From positions 13,387-77,386 of the forward strand of contig CASEYJ010000006.1 of NCBI GenBank assembly GCA_949292175.1: a DNA stretch of 64,000 nt, read 5' to 3'. This document shows, in pieces, positions 44,561 to 52,925 of the stretch. Position 1 is the stretch's first letter. Every line of letters begins with the position of its first letter. This DNA comes from an uncultured bacterium. GTDB lineage: Bacteria > Cyanobacteriota > Vampirovibrionia > Gastranaerophilales > Gastranaerophilaceae. The notes below the pieces were generated by a model. It made no database searches. It saw only the letters and a program-made list of their open reading frames with translations, and had not been told where the DNA came from. The position numbers and the translations under genes were made by a program.

Positions 44561-46294
44561 ATGGATTCGCAATATCCTGTCTATACATTGGTAAATGAAT
44601 GCCACGACTGTTACAAGTGTATTCGAGAATGTCCTGTTAAGGCAATTAAAATCGAGGACGGGCATGCGAGTGTTATTCCATCTAGATGTATTGCTTGCGG
44701 AAATTGTGTAAAAGCTTGTCCTTCAAATGCAAAAAGGGTTAGGACAGATATAGACAAGGTGAAAAACCTCCTTCTTGCTCAGAAACGAGTATTTGTATCT
44801 CTTGCTCCTTCTTGGAACGGAGTCTTTGATTATTCTCCGTACAAAATGATTTCTATTTTAAAAAGGCTTGGTTTTGCAGAAGTTTCTGAAACTGCCCTTG
44901 GAGCTCAGGAAGTTTCTATTGAGACTGCTAAAATGCTTAATGAAGCAGAAAAAGGGCTGTTTATATCAAGTGCGTGCCCTGTTATTGTTGATTTTATCAG
45001 ACTTTATCATCCTGAATTTATCGATAATATTACTCCAATAGGTTCGCCGGCAATGACGCATGCAAAAATGCTTAAGGAAAAATATGGTGAAGATATTTCG
45101 ATTGTCTTTATAGGACCGTGTATTGGTAAGAAAAATGAGGTTAAATATTCAGGTCTGTTTGATGTGGCATTAACATTTGAAGAGTTGAAGATGTGGGTAA
45201 ATGATGAAATTGTTGACATCGCATCTGTTAATTTTGACAAGAATAACGCTTTTGTCCCTTATACGGCAAATGAAGGTTCGCTTTATCCTATTGATGGCGG
45301 TATGAATGAAACTCTTAAGAAAATAGGGATAAAACAAGATATTCAATTGATGGATATTTGCGGGTTGAATAATTTTGAAAGAGCGCTAAATAAGCTTGAT
45401 CCAAAAGGGTTTAATAACGTAGTTTTTGTTGAAGCTTTAGCTTGTGAGGGCGGATGTGTCGGAGGCCCTTGTATATCTACTGACAAAGCAGGTATAAGTG
45501 TTGTTTCTAATATTTTAACTCACGTCAAAGAAAGAGAAGAAATTCCGAAAGAGCCTGACGTGGTTGTTCCGTATGAACTAAAAAGAGGAAAAATTGTCCA
45601 CACGGAATATCCTTTGGAAGATATTCTAAAAGCTTTGAAGCGTATTGGTAAACATACTGTTGATGATGAATTAAATTGTGGCGGATGCGGTTATGCAACT
45701 TGTAGAGATTTGGCAAAAGCTTTGTTAGACGGGGACGCAGAAACATCTATGTGCGTGTCTTACATGCGTAAAATTGCTATGAGAAAAGCTGCGGCGCTTG
45801 TAAGATGTATGCCGGCTGCCGTTGTTATGGTTGATAACAGTTTAAATATCATTGAAGCTAATGACAGCTTTATGAAAATGTTTACCGGCGATATGTACGA
45901 GATATTTAAAGCTCGTCCTGACGGTATGACAGGAGCTGCGATAGATAGAATTTTGAGTTTTTCTGAACTGTTTAAAACTTGCTTGAACTCAGGAAAAGAT
46001 TTGCATAAGGAAAGATATGCGGTAAATGATCGCTTGTATGACATAAGTATATTTACTATCGAAGAAAACGAGATAGTCGGTGCTGTAATTACTGATGTGA
46101 CCCAGACTGAAACAAACAGAGAAAAAATTGCTCAAAAAGCACATGAAGTTATTTCAAAAAATATTTCGATTGTTCAAGAAATTGCTTGTCTTTTAGGCGA
46201 ACACATGGTTGAAACTGAGACATTGTTAAGCTCCATCGCAAATGATTATGATGACAAGGATGATCAGGATGGCGGAGCTTCAAATAAAGGATAG
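44561..46294 (+). CDS. Sensory-type [FeFe]-hydrogenase paralogue with C-terminal PAS domain (HydS/HfsB-like)
   Basis: Two 4Fe-4S motifs (CHDCYKCIRECP; CIACGNCVKACP). H-cluster motifs SSACP (44966-44980), GPCIGKKNE and EALACEGGCVGGP. Extra CGGCGYATC-x16-C motif, then a PAS-like region (AAVVMVDNSLNIIEANDSFMKMF...). Confidence 0.8.
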   Translation: MDSQYPVYTLVNECHDCYKCIRECPVKAIKIEDGHASVIPSRCIACGNCVKACPSNAKRVRTDIDKVKNLLLAQKRVFVSLAPSWNGVFDYSPYKMISILKRLGFAEVSETALGAQEVSIETAKMLNEAEKGLFISSACPVIVDFIRLYHPEFIDNITPIGSPAMTHAKMLKEKYGEDISIVFIGPCIGKKNEVKYSGLFDVALTFEELKMWVNDEIVDIASVNFDKNNAFVPYTANEGSLYPIDGGMNETLKKIGIKQDIQLMDICGLNNFERALNKLDPKGFNNVVFVEALACEGGCVGGPCISTDKAGISVVSNILTHVKEREEIPKEPDVVVPYELKRGKIVHTEYPLEDILKALKRIGKHTVDDELNCGGCGYATCRDLAKALLDGDAETSMCVSYMRKIAMRKAAALVRCMPAAVVMVDNSLNIIEANDSFMKMFTGDMYEIFKARPDGMTGAAIDRILSFSELFKTCLNSGKDLHKERYAVNDRLYDISIFTIEENEIVGAVITDVTQTETNREKIAQKAHEVISKNISIVQEIACLLGEHMVETETLLSSIANDYDDKDDQDGGASNKG

Positions 46295-46298
46295 TTAA

Positions 46299-47462
46299 AT
46301 GTTTATCGATATAGATTGCAGCCAAATGAAAAAATATAACCAGAATGCTTACGGAGATTATTTCGTTTCGAAACGTTATCCGGATGAAGCTCGTTTGGTT
46401 GCGGTATTATCAGATGGGCTTGGCAGCGGAATAAAGGCGAACATTCTATCTTGTATGACTGCTACTATGTTATTGCAGTTTATATCAAATGATCAAATTC
46501 CGATAAGACAAGCTGCCGAAATTGTAATGAACTCGCTTCCTGTATGCAAGGTTCGTCATATAAGTTATTCTACTTTTTCTGCGATAGATTGTGATGATGA
46601 CGGGAATGCCAAAATTGTTGAGGAAGGTAATCCGGAGTTTGTTTGGCTTCGTGATGGAGAAGTTTTGGAACCTTCTTATGAAACAATTCAGTCTAAGACT
46701 TTTAAAAATCGTAAGATGAAGGTTTATAAAATAAAGCTTAGACTTGGCGATAGATTGATTTTCTGTTCGGATGGAGTTACTCAGGCCGGATTAGGCGGCG
46801 GTAGGTTGAAGCTTGGACTTCGCCGTGACGGTTTGATTGTGCTTTTGAAGGATAAAATTAGTGAAAATCCTGAAATATCAAGTTCTGAGCTTGCTAATTA
46901 TATTGTTAATCAGGTGCGAAATATTGAAACTGACAGAAGGCCTAAGGACGATATTTCAGCGTGTGTTTTGTATTTTAGAAAACCGCGTGAAGCTTTGATT
47001 TTTACCGGCCCTCCTTACCATCAGGAAAAAGATAAAGAATATGCACAAATGTTCAAAAATTTTGAAGGTAAAAAGGCAATTTGCGGTGGAACTACGGCGA
47101 ACTTGATTTCTAGAGAGTTGAATGTTCCTATCCGAATGGATACAACTATTTCTGTCGGGAAGCTTCCTGCGATATCTTATATGGACGGTGTGGATTTGGT
47201 AACTGAAGGTATTCTAACTTTAACAAAAACTTTAGAATACTTAGAAAATGGCACGTTAGATATTGACAATGCTGCCGGAAAGTTGGTAAAATTTTTATTG
47301 GATAGCGATTGTATCCAGTTTATGGTGGGTGCAAAGTTAAATCAAGCTCATTACGATCCGGCTCTGCCAATTGAAATTGAAATCCGCAAAAATATTATTA
47401 AAAAAATGGCCGGTATTCTTCAAGACAAATATTTCAAAAAAGTTAATGTACAATATATGTGA
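46299..47462 (+). CDS. PP2C/SpoIIE-family Ser/Thr phosphatase (HfsC-like)
   Basis: GDYF...VAVLSDGLGSGIKANI and RLIFCSDGV metal-binding Asp contexts, plus a ~165-aa C-terminal domain of unknown function. Confidence 0.75.
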   Translation: MFIDIDCSQMKKYNQNAYGDYFVSKRYPDEARLVAVLSDGLGSGIKANILSCMTATMLLQFISNDQIPIRQAAEIVMNSLPVCKVRHISYSTFSAIDCDDDGNAKIVEEGNPEFVWLRDGEVLEPSYETIQSKTFKNRKMKVYKIKLRLGDRLIFCSDGVTQAGLGGGRLKLGLRRDGLIVLLKDKISENPEISSSELANYIVNQVRNIETDRRPKDDISACVLYFRKPREALIFTGPPYHQEKDKEYAQMFKNFEGKKAICGGTTANLISRELNVPIRMDTTISVGKLPAISYMDGVDLVTEGILTLTKTLEYLENGTLDIDNAAGKLVKFLLDSDCIQFMVGAKLNQAHYDPALPIEIEIRKNIIKKMAGILQDKYFKKVNVQYM

Positions 47463-47493
47463 GGACGTACCTCAGTAAAGAAAGGTAATTACA

Positions 47494-47751
47494 ATGGACA
47501 AAAAAATTAGTGTTAAAGTATGTTTGGGAACAACTTGTTTTGTTATGGGGTCTGCTAATTTACAGGAATTAATCGATACAGTTCCTGCAAAATATGGTGA
47601 TAAAGTTGAGGTTTCAGGAGTTCCTTGCTTGGGTTTATGCTCAATTGACTGGGAATTTTCTAAGGCTCCATATGTTAAGGTTGACGATGAAGTAATCAAA
47701 GAAGCAACCGTTGAAAAAGTTTTAAAAGCAATTGATGAAAGATTAAAGTAG
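47494..47751 (+). CDS. Second thioredoxin-like [2Fe-2S] ferredoxin
   Basis: CLGTTC ... CLGLC four-Cys pattern; paralogous in layout to 44259-44507. Confidence 0.7.
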   Translation: MDKKISVKVCLGTTCFVMGSANLQELIDTVPAKYGDKVEVSGVPCLGLCSIDWEFSKAPYVKVDDEVIKEATVEKVLKAIDERLK

Positions 47752-47808
47752 TTTGAGTTAGAGGTTTCTTTTACAGGGCCTTTAGCGGAAGTAGAAAAGG
47801 AAAAGAAA

Positions 47809-49287
47809 ATGGTAATAAATGCCCCAAGACAAACTTCACATTTGAAAAGAGAAATCTTAATAAGATTAATTAAAGCATTTTATACTGATGATTTCGGTGA
47901 AAATGCCAGATTAATCCCGTACCAAATGCGCCCGAAAGATTTTGAAGCTCCTTATAGATGTTGTGTTTATAAAGAGCGTGCGATATTGCGCGACAGAACT
48001 ATTGCAGGGTTGGGATTGTCAATAGAAGAAACCGACGATAGTATTCATATGGCTGAACTTGCTAAGAAAGTTCTTGATAGAGAACAGCCGGAAGAACATC
48101 CTTTAACAGTTTTGCAGACAGCTTGTAAAGGGTGCGTACCTTCAAGAATTTATGTAACAGACCTTTGCCAAGGTTGTGTTGCAAGACCTTGCGTTAATAC
48201 TTGTAAGTTCGGTGCTATAAGCGTTAAGAACGGTAAGTCTGTTATCGATCCTGATAAGTGTAAAAATTGCGGCATGTGTGCTCAGGTTTGCCCTTATCAA
48301 GCAATAACAAAAATTATCGTTCCTTGCGAAAGTGCTTGTCCTGTTGGCGCTATTGCTAAGGATGAAAACGGGCATGCAAAAATTGATTTTGAAAAATGTA
48401 TCTCTTGCGGTAAGTGCGTAAGCGCTTGTCCGTTCGGTGCAGTTCATGAAAAAAGTCAAATTATTGATGTTTTGAAAAACATTAAGGCCGGCAAGAAAGT
48501 TATTGCTATGGTTGCACCTGCAATGTTTGGTCAACTTCCTTGTTCTCCAAAACAATTGAAGGCTGCTATTCAGCAATTAGGATTTGCTGATGTTTATGAG
48601 GTTGCTCAAGGTGCTGATATTACAACCCAAAATGAGGCTAAAGAATTTGAAGAAAGACTTGTTAAGGGTGAAGAGTTCATGACAACTTCATGCTGTGCGG
48701 GTTATAACGAACTTGTTGATAAGCATATTCCGGAATTAAAACCTTTCAGATCAGACACTAAGACTCCATTGTACTATACTGCTGAAATCGTTAAGAAAGA
48801 ACATCCGGATGCTGTGACTGTGTTCTTTAGCCCTTGCGTTGCAAAACGTCGTGAAGCACTTAAAACTGATACTGTTGATTATGTTTTGAATTATGAGGAA
48901 ATCGGTGCGTGGTTTATTGCAATGAACATCAAAGTAGAAGATTGCGCAGAATCTGAATTTAAGACAGAATCTTCAGCAGAAGCTCGTAATTATGCAGTTA
49001 CAGGCGGGGTTGCTAAGGCTGTTAAGACTTTAATCCCTGAGGAAATCCCTGTATATCCGGTTGTAGTAGATGGACTTAATAAACAATCAATTCGTGATTT
49101 GAAAAAATATGCGAAAAATGGTGTTTGTGAGTTAGGCAACTTGATAGAAGTTATGGCCTGTACAGGTGGTTGTCTTGGCGGTAACGCTACTGTTAACGCA
49201 TTCAAGCCTGCATTGAAGCAGTTGACAAATTACGTTAACGAAAGTAAGTCGCTTAAGGAGCCTGATGAGGCTGCTGAAAGCAAATAG
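47809..49287 (+). CDS. Catalytic-type monomeric [FeFe] hydrogenase (HfsD/group-B-like)
   Basis: Several 4Fe-4S motifs (CKNCGMCAQVCP; CISCGKCVSACP). H-cluster motifs TSCCA (48685-48699), SPCVAKRRE and EVMACTGGCLGGN. Confidence 0.85.
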   Translation: MVINAPRQTSHLKREILIRLIKAFYTDDFGENARLIPYQMRPKDFEAPYRCCVYKERAILRDRTIAGLGLSIEETDDSIHMAELAKKVLDREQPEEHPLTVLQTACKGCVPSRIYVTDLCQGCVARPCVNTCKFGAISVKNGKSVIDPDKCKNCGMCAQVCPYQAITKIIVPCESACPVGAIAKDENGHAKIDFEKCISCGKCVSACPFGAVHEKSQIIDVLKNIKAGKKVIAMVAPAMFGQLPCSPKQLKAAIQQLGFADVYEVAQGADITTQNEAKEFEERLVKGEEFMTTSCCAGYNELVDKHIPELKPFRSDTKTPLYYTAEIVKKEHPDAVTVFFSPCVAKRREALKTDTVDYVLNYEEIGAWFIAMNIKVEDCAESEFKTESSAEARNYAVTGGVAKAVKTLIPEEIPVYPVVVDGLNKQSIRDLKKYAKNGVCELGNLIEVMACTGGCLGGNATVNAFKPALKQLTNYVNESKSLKEPDEAAESK

Positions 49288-49296
49288 TTAATCTTA

Positions 49297-49326
49297 TAAA
49301 AAGCGGGTTTAAAAGCCCGCTTTTTA
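49297..49326 (+). terminator. Rho-independent terminator after the hydrogenase gene
   Basis: AAAAAGCGGGT / GCCCGCTTTTT hairpin with a 6-nt loop and a T-run. Confidence 0.8.
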
Positions 49327-49392
49327 ATTTCTTGTGTTTTCAATAAGTTCAGAGTATAATTTTTGCAGGTTGTAGTTAGAACGGGATATAAA

Positions 49393-50133
49393 ATGGCTGT
49401 TGAAATTTTAGATGAAAAGATTATCGAGTACGTAAAAAGTACAAATTTAAACCATGTAGCAATTATTATGGATGGAAATCGTCGTTGGGCAAAGGAAAGA
49501 AATCTTCCGTCCGCTTTTGGGCATAAAAAAGGTGTTGATGCTCTTAAAAAGGTTATGCGTGCTTGTGATGATTTTGGAGTTAAGTATTTAACTGTATATG
49601 CTTTTTCTACCGAAAATTGGAATAGAAAGCAGGAAGAAATTGACTTTTTGATGGATTTGCTAGGTCAGACTATTAAGAATGAACTTAAAGAGATGCATGA
49701 AAACGGTGTTGTAATTAATTTTATCGGAGATTTGACAAAGTTGAGTCCAAAATTACAAGAAATTCTTGCAAATGCTGTTGAAGTTACAAAGAATAATTCA
49801 GGCGTAAGGCTGCAAATTGCTTTCAATTATGGCTCAAGGGATGAGATTGTTCATGCGGTTAAAAATATTGTTAATGAAGTAAAAGAAGGTAAACTTGAAG
49901 TCGATAGTATAACCGAAAAAACTATTTCAGATTATCTTTATACAAAAAATATTCCTGATCCTGATTTGTTAATTAGAACAGGTGGAGAGATGAGGGTTTC
50001 AAACTACCTTTTGTGGCAGATTGCTTATGCTGAATTTGTTGTGACAAAAATGTTGTGGCCTGATTTTGATAAAAATGCACTTGCTAATGCAATTGAAGAA
50101 TTTCATAGCAGACATCGTCGTTATGGCAAATAG
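49393..50133 (+). CDS. uppS: Undecaprenyl-diphosphate synthase (cis-isoprenyl transferase)
   Basis: HVAIIMDGNRRWA and AFSTENWNR motifs. Start set at ATG 49393. Confidence 0.92.
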   Translation: MAVEILDEKIIEYVKSTNLNHVAIIMDGNRRWAKERNLPSAFGHKKGVDALKKVMRACDDFGVKYLTVYAFSTENWNRKQEEIDFLMDLLGQTIKNELKEMHENGVVINFIGDLTKLSPKLQEILANAVEVTKNNSGVRLQIAFNYGSRDEIVHAVKNIVNEVKEGKLEVDSITEKTISDYLYTKNIPDPDLLIRTGGEMRVSNYLLWQIAYAEFVVTKMLWPDFDKNALANAIEEFHSRHRRYGK

Positions 50134-50142
50134 GAGTGTGTT

Positions 50143-50742
50143 ATGAAAATTGTTTTTGCGACTTCAAATCCTCATAAACTGAAAGAATTAAATGAGATAA
50201 CTTCCGAGTATGGAGTGAAAGATATTGAATTTGTTCTTCCTCCGGCCGGATTTGATCCTGTTGAGGATGGTAGTACTTTTGAGGAAAATTCACTTATAAA
50301 AGCTCGTGAGGCTGCAAAATTGACCGGTATGGTTGCATTGGCGGATGATTCAGGTTTGTGCGTAGAGTCGCTTGGCGGGATGCCTGGGATTTATTCTGCA
50401 AGATATGCGGATACTCCAAAGGCGCGCATTGAGAAACTTTTGGGTGCGGTAGAACCTTTTGAAAATAGAAGAGCAAAATTTGTTTGTGCGATGACACTTG
50501 TTGATGGAAGTGGAGAGGTTCTTTTTGCTGATAGGGGTGAATGTTTTGGAAGTATTGCACATAAGGTGGCCGGTAGCGGCGGATTCGGTTATGACCCAGT
50601 ATTTCTTGTAGATGGAAAGTGTGGGCTTACTATGGCAGAACTCAGTGAAAGTGAAAAAAATGAAGTTTCACATAGGGGCTTGGCTCTAAGGAAAGTTTTG
50701 GATCACTTGGCAAATAGTTTGCAAAATAACCCCCAAGGATAG
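50143..50742 (+). CDS. rdgB: Non-canonical purine NTP pyrophosphatase (dITP/XTP)
   Basis: ATSNPHKLKE, ADDSGLCV, SGGFGYDPVF, SHRGLA motifs. Confidence 0.9.
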   Translation: MKIVFATSNPHKLKELNEITSEYGVKDIEFVLPPAGFDPVEDGSTFEENSLIKAREAAKLTGMVALADDSGLCVESLGGMPGIYSARYADTPKARIEKLLGAVEPFENRRAKFVCAMTLVDGSGEVLFADRGECFGSIAHKVAGSGGFGYDPVFLVDGKCGLTMAELSESEKNEVSHRGLALRKVLDHLANSLQNNPQG

Positions 50743-50806
50743 TGCTTATATAGCAGTGGTGCGAAATATTTAACCATATTATTATCTTCTTATATAAGGA
50801 GGTATT

Positions 50807-50995
50807 ATGAATTTTGATATGGAATTAGCTGAAATGTATGCTAAAAATGTTTTTAATATGGTTGTAGTCTTAGAGTCTTTTTGTAGGGTAAACTCTGAGG
50901 TTTGGGAGATTGAAAATATTTCGGCTTTAGTAACACATATTAATAGAGAAGCGGATCTTTTGTATGCAATGTTTATTGATTATAGAAATAGTTAG
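50807..50995 (+). CDS. Hypothetical small protein (62 aa)
   Basis: AAGGAGG SD at 50796-50802 with 4-nt spacing; ordinary composition; no recognised motif. Confidence 0.55.
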   Translation: MNFDMELAEMYAKNVFNMVVVLESFCRVNSEVWEIENISALVTHINREADLLYAMFIDYRNS

Positions 50996-51099
50996 AATTG
51001 CTTTTCCGTTCCGATATAACTGCCTTATTGGGTAATTTATTACCTGTCGTTTTGAGTGTTAGATTTTTATTGTAGCAATCAAAATTTAAAGGAGGCTTA

Positions 51100-51855
51100 A
51101 TGGGCGGTTTGGTTATGTGTGAAAAAACTAACGAGGATAAAAAATTTGGTATCCTTGTTAATTCAAAATTCTTAGGCGACCTCAGGGAGAATGATACGTT
51201 AGAAGATACTCTTAAGGAAACCGTTTATCGTCACAACGGAACTTCTGTCGAAAAAATTATTGAATATCATCCGGAAACAAAAATGAAAGTTAAAGTCACA
51301 ACCTTTGATTATTTTAATGATAAAAAAGTTAAATCTATTGAAGAGTTTGATTTTGATACTGGTTTGAGAACAAGAACAACCAGTTATACTTTGTTTAAAT
51401 CTGTAACCGAATTTGATTCGAAAACAGGTAAAAAAGTTAAAACCACTAACTATGATATAAGAAACGAAAACAAAAAAACTTCAGTGTATGATTTTGATAT
51501 TGAATTGGAAAAAATTAATCGTGTGACAATTTTTCGCCCTGACGGAAATTCAATTAGTATGGTTAAAGAACTTGACGCTTCAACAGGTTTGGTTACAAGA
51601 ACAATAAATTATAAAAAAGATTCCACTGCGATAAGTTCTGTTTCTAAATATGACTTTCAAGGTGATAAGACTATTAAAACAACTTTCTATTATAATACTC
51701 CGATTTATTTTACAAGCCCCGTTGTTTTTGACAAGAAAGTTACGGCGGATGTGCTTAACAAAAAGGTTCTTGATGAAGCAGGTCAAAAGCGTATGACAAG
51801 GTTGATTGATAATTTGTATAAAAATAAGCTCAACTTTTCATCCCTTTCTGTGTAA
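51100..51855 (+). CDS. Hypothetical beta-hairpin-repeat protein (251 aa)
   Basis: AAAGGAGG SD at 51088-51095. About six ~25-aa repeats of the type (I/V)xE(F/Y)DxxTGxxx(K/R)TTxY (EEFDFDTGLRTRTTSY; TEFDSKTGKKVKTTNY; KELDASTGLVTRTINY; SKYDFQGDKTIKTTFY). Confidence 0.7.
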   Translation: MGGLVMCEKTNEDKKFGILVNSKFLGDLRENDTLEDTLKETVYRHNGTSVEKIIEYHPETKMKVKVTTFDYFNDKKVKSIEEFDFDTGLRTRTTSYTLFKSVTEFDSKTGKKVKTTNYDIRNENKKTSVYDFDIELEKINRVTIFRPDGNSISMVKELDASTGLVTRTINYKKDSTAISSVSKYDFQGDKTIKTTFYYNTPIYFTSPVVFDKKVTADVLNKKVLDEAGQKRMTRLIDNLYKNKLNFSSLSV

Positions 51856-51929
51856 TTAAACTTCATAATACACTTGCATAAATGCTACATAAGTAGTATA
51901 ATAATCACGTAAAGATTGGAGTGTTTAGG

Positions 51930-52328
51930 ATGTTTGATGTGAGGTATAATTTCAACAGTTTGTATTCAAGTGCTATGAACCAACAGAAGCAGGACTTGAT
52001 TAATAAAAATTACAATGAAATATACCACCACGAGATGGCACACAAAGCGGCCGGTGGAAATCTTGCAGGTTCTATTGTTATAGAACGCAATTCGGATGGG
52101 ATTCCAATAGGCGGGCATGTTGCGATTAAGATGCCTTCCCTTGATAGAAATAATCCACAAAAAACTATTGATGATGCAAATACTGTAATCCGTTCAGCAA
52201 TGGCACCTTCTGATCCTTCTGCGCAGGATTATAGGGTTGCAAATCAAGCAAGAGCAATAAAAAGTCAAGCTATGCAAATTAAAAATACAAACCCTGCATT
52301 AGGAAAGAAACTCGACATTCAAGGATAA
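51930..52328 (+). CDS. SprA-related-family small protein with HEXXH motif (putative metalloprotease)
   Basis: HEMAH at 52029-52043, followed by AAGGNLAGSIVIERNSDGIPIGGHVAIKMP...NPQKTIDDANTVIRSAMAPSDPSAQDYRVANQA. This matches my recollection of the PF12118-type pattern (HExAH...GPDG..Y..GGEV.ID....DP..T......V..AALAP..PS.QD..VA). ATG 51930 has GGAG 8 nt upstream. Confidence 0.7.
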   Translation: MFDVRYNFNSLYSSAMNQQKQDLINKNYNEIYHHEMAHKAAGGNLAGSIVIERNSDGIPIGGHVAIKMPSLDRNNPQKTIDDANTVIRSAMAPSDPSAQDYRVANQARAIKSQAMQIKNTNPALGKKLDIQG

Positions 52329-52925
52329 TTATCTTTTTTGAATTATAACGAGATTTCTTGTATGGTTTTCCTCCAGTGGAAGATTATATTCAATAATTTC
52401 GACAACTTTTGCATTGTATTTTTTCAGCATTTGTTGTGCTTTTTCAAGTTCTTCGTTAATTTTTAGTGATTTGTATGCAATGAAATAACCGTTTTCTTTT
52501 AGTCTTGGTATTGCATACGGGATAAGTTTATCCATTGAAGCTACCGCACGTGATGTGATTAAATCGAATTTAGTATTTATATTCTCTACCCTGTCGCATA
52601 CCGTAGATAAGTTGTTCAATGATAATTTTTCTTTTATTTCTGTAATAGCATTTATTTTTTTTCTTATGCTATCAAGAGCTGTAACCTGAAGTGTCGGGTA
52701 CATAATTGCAAGCGGAACTGACGGAAACCCTCCGCCTGTTCCAAAGTCAAGAAGAGTTTTGCCGTTGAAATCATAATTGTATTTGTCAAAAAAGTTTTTG
52801 ATAGATAAGCTGTCAAAAATATGTTTTTCCCACAAAAATTTTTCATCATTTTTGGAAATGAGGTTTAATTTTGAGTTCTCTTCAAGGAACGCAGTTATGT
52901 AATTTTCAAAAAGTTTTTTATCCAT
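52329..52925 (-). CDS. rsmG: 16S rRNA (guanine527-N7)-methyltransferase
   Basis: SAM-binding LDFGTGGGFPSVPLAI and a GidB-like length. Start at ATG 52925 overlaps the upstream gene by 8 nt. Its stop codon abuts the stop of the convergent 51930-52328 gene. Confidence 0.88.
   Translation of the reverse strand: MDKKLFENYITAFLEENSKLNLISKNDEKFLWEKHIFDSLSIKNFFDKYNYDFNGKTLLDFGTGGGFPSVPLAIMYPTLQVTALDSIRKKINAITEIKEKLSLNNLSTVCDRVENINTKFDLITSRAVASMDKLIPYAIPRLKENGYFIAYKSLKINEELEKAQQMLKKYNAKVVEIIEYNLPLEENHTRNLVIIQKR

Noticed and set aside
52326-52331. Back-to-back stop codons (TAA/TTA) of convergent genes with zero spacer
   Set aside because: This is real but explained by genome compaction. There is no evidence of a regulatory element. 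It is noted only in the rsmG feature.
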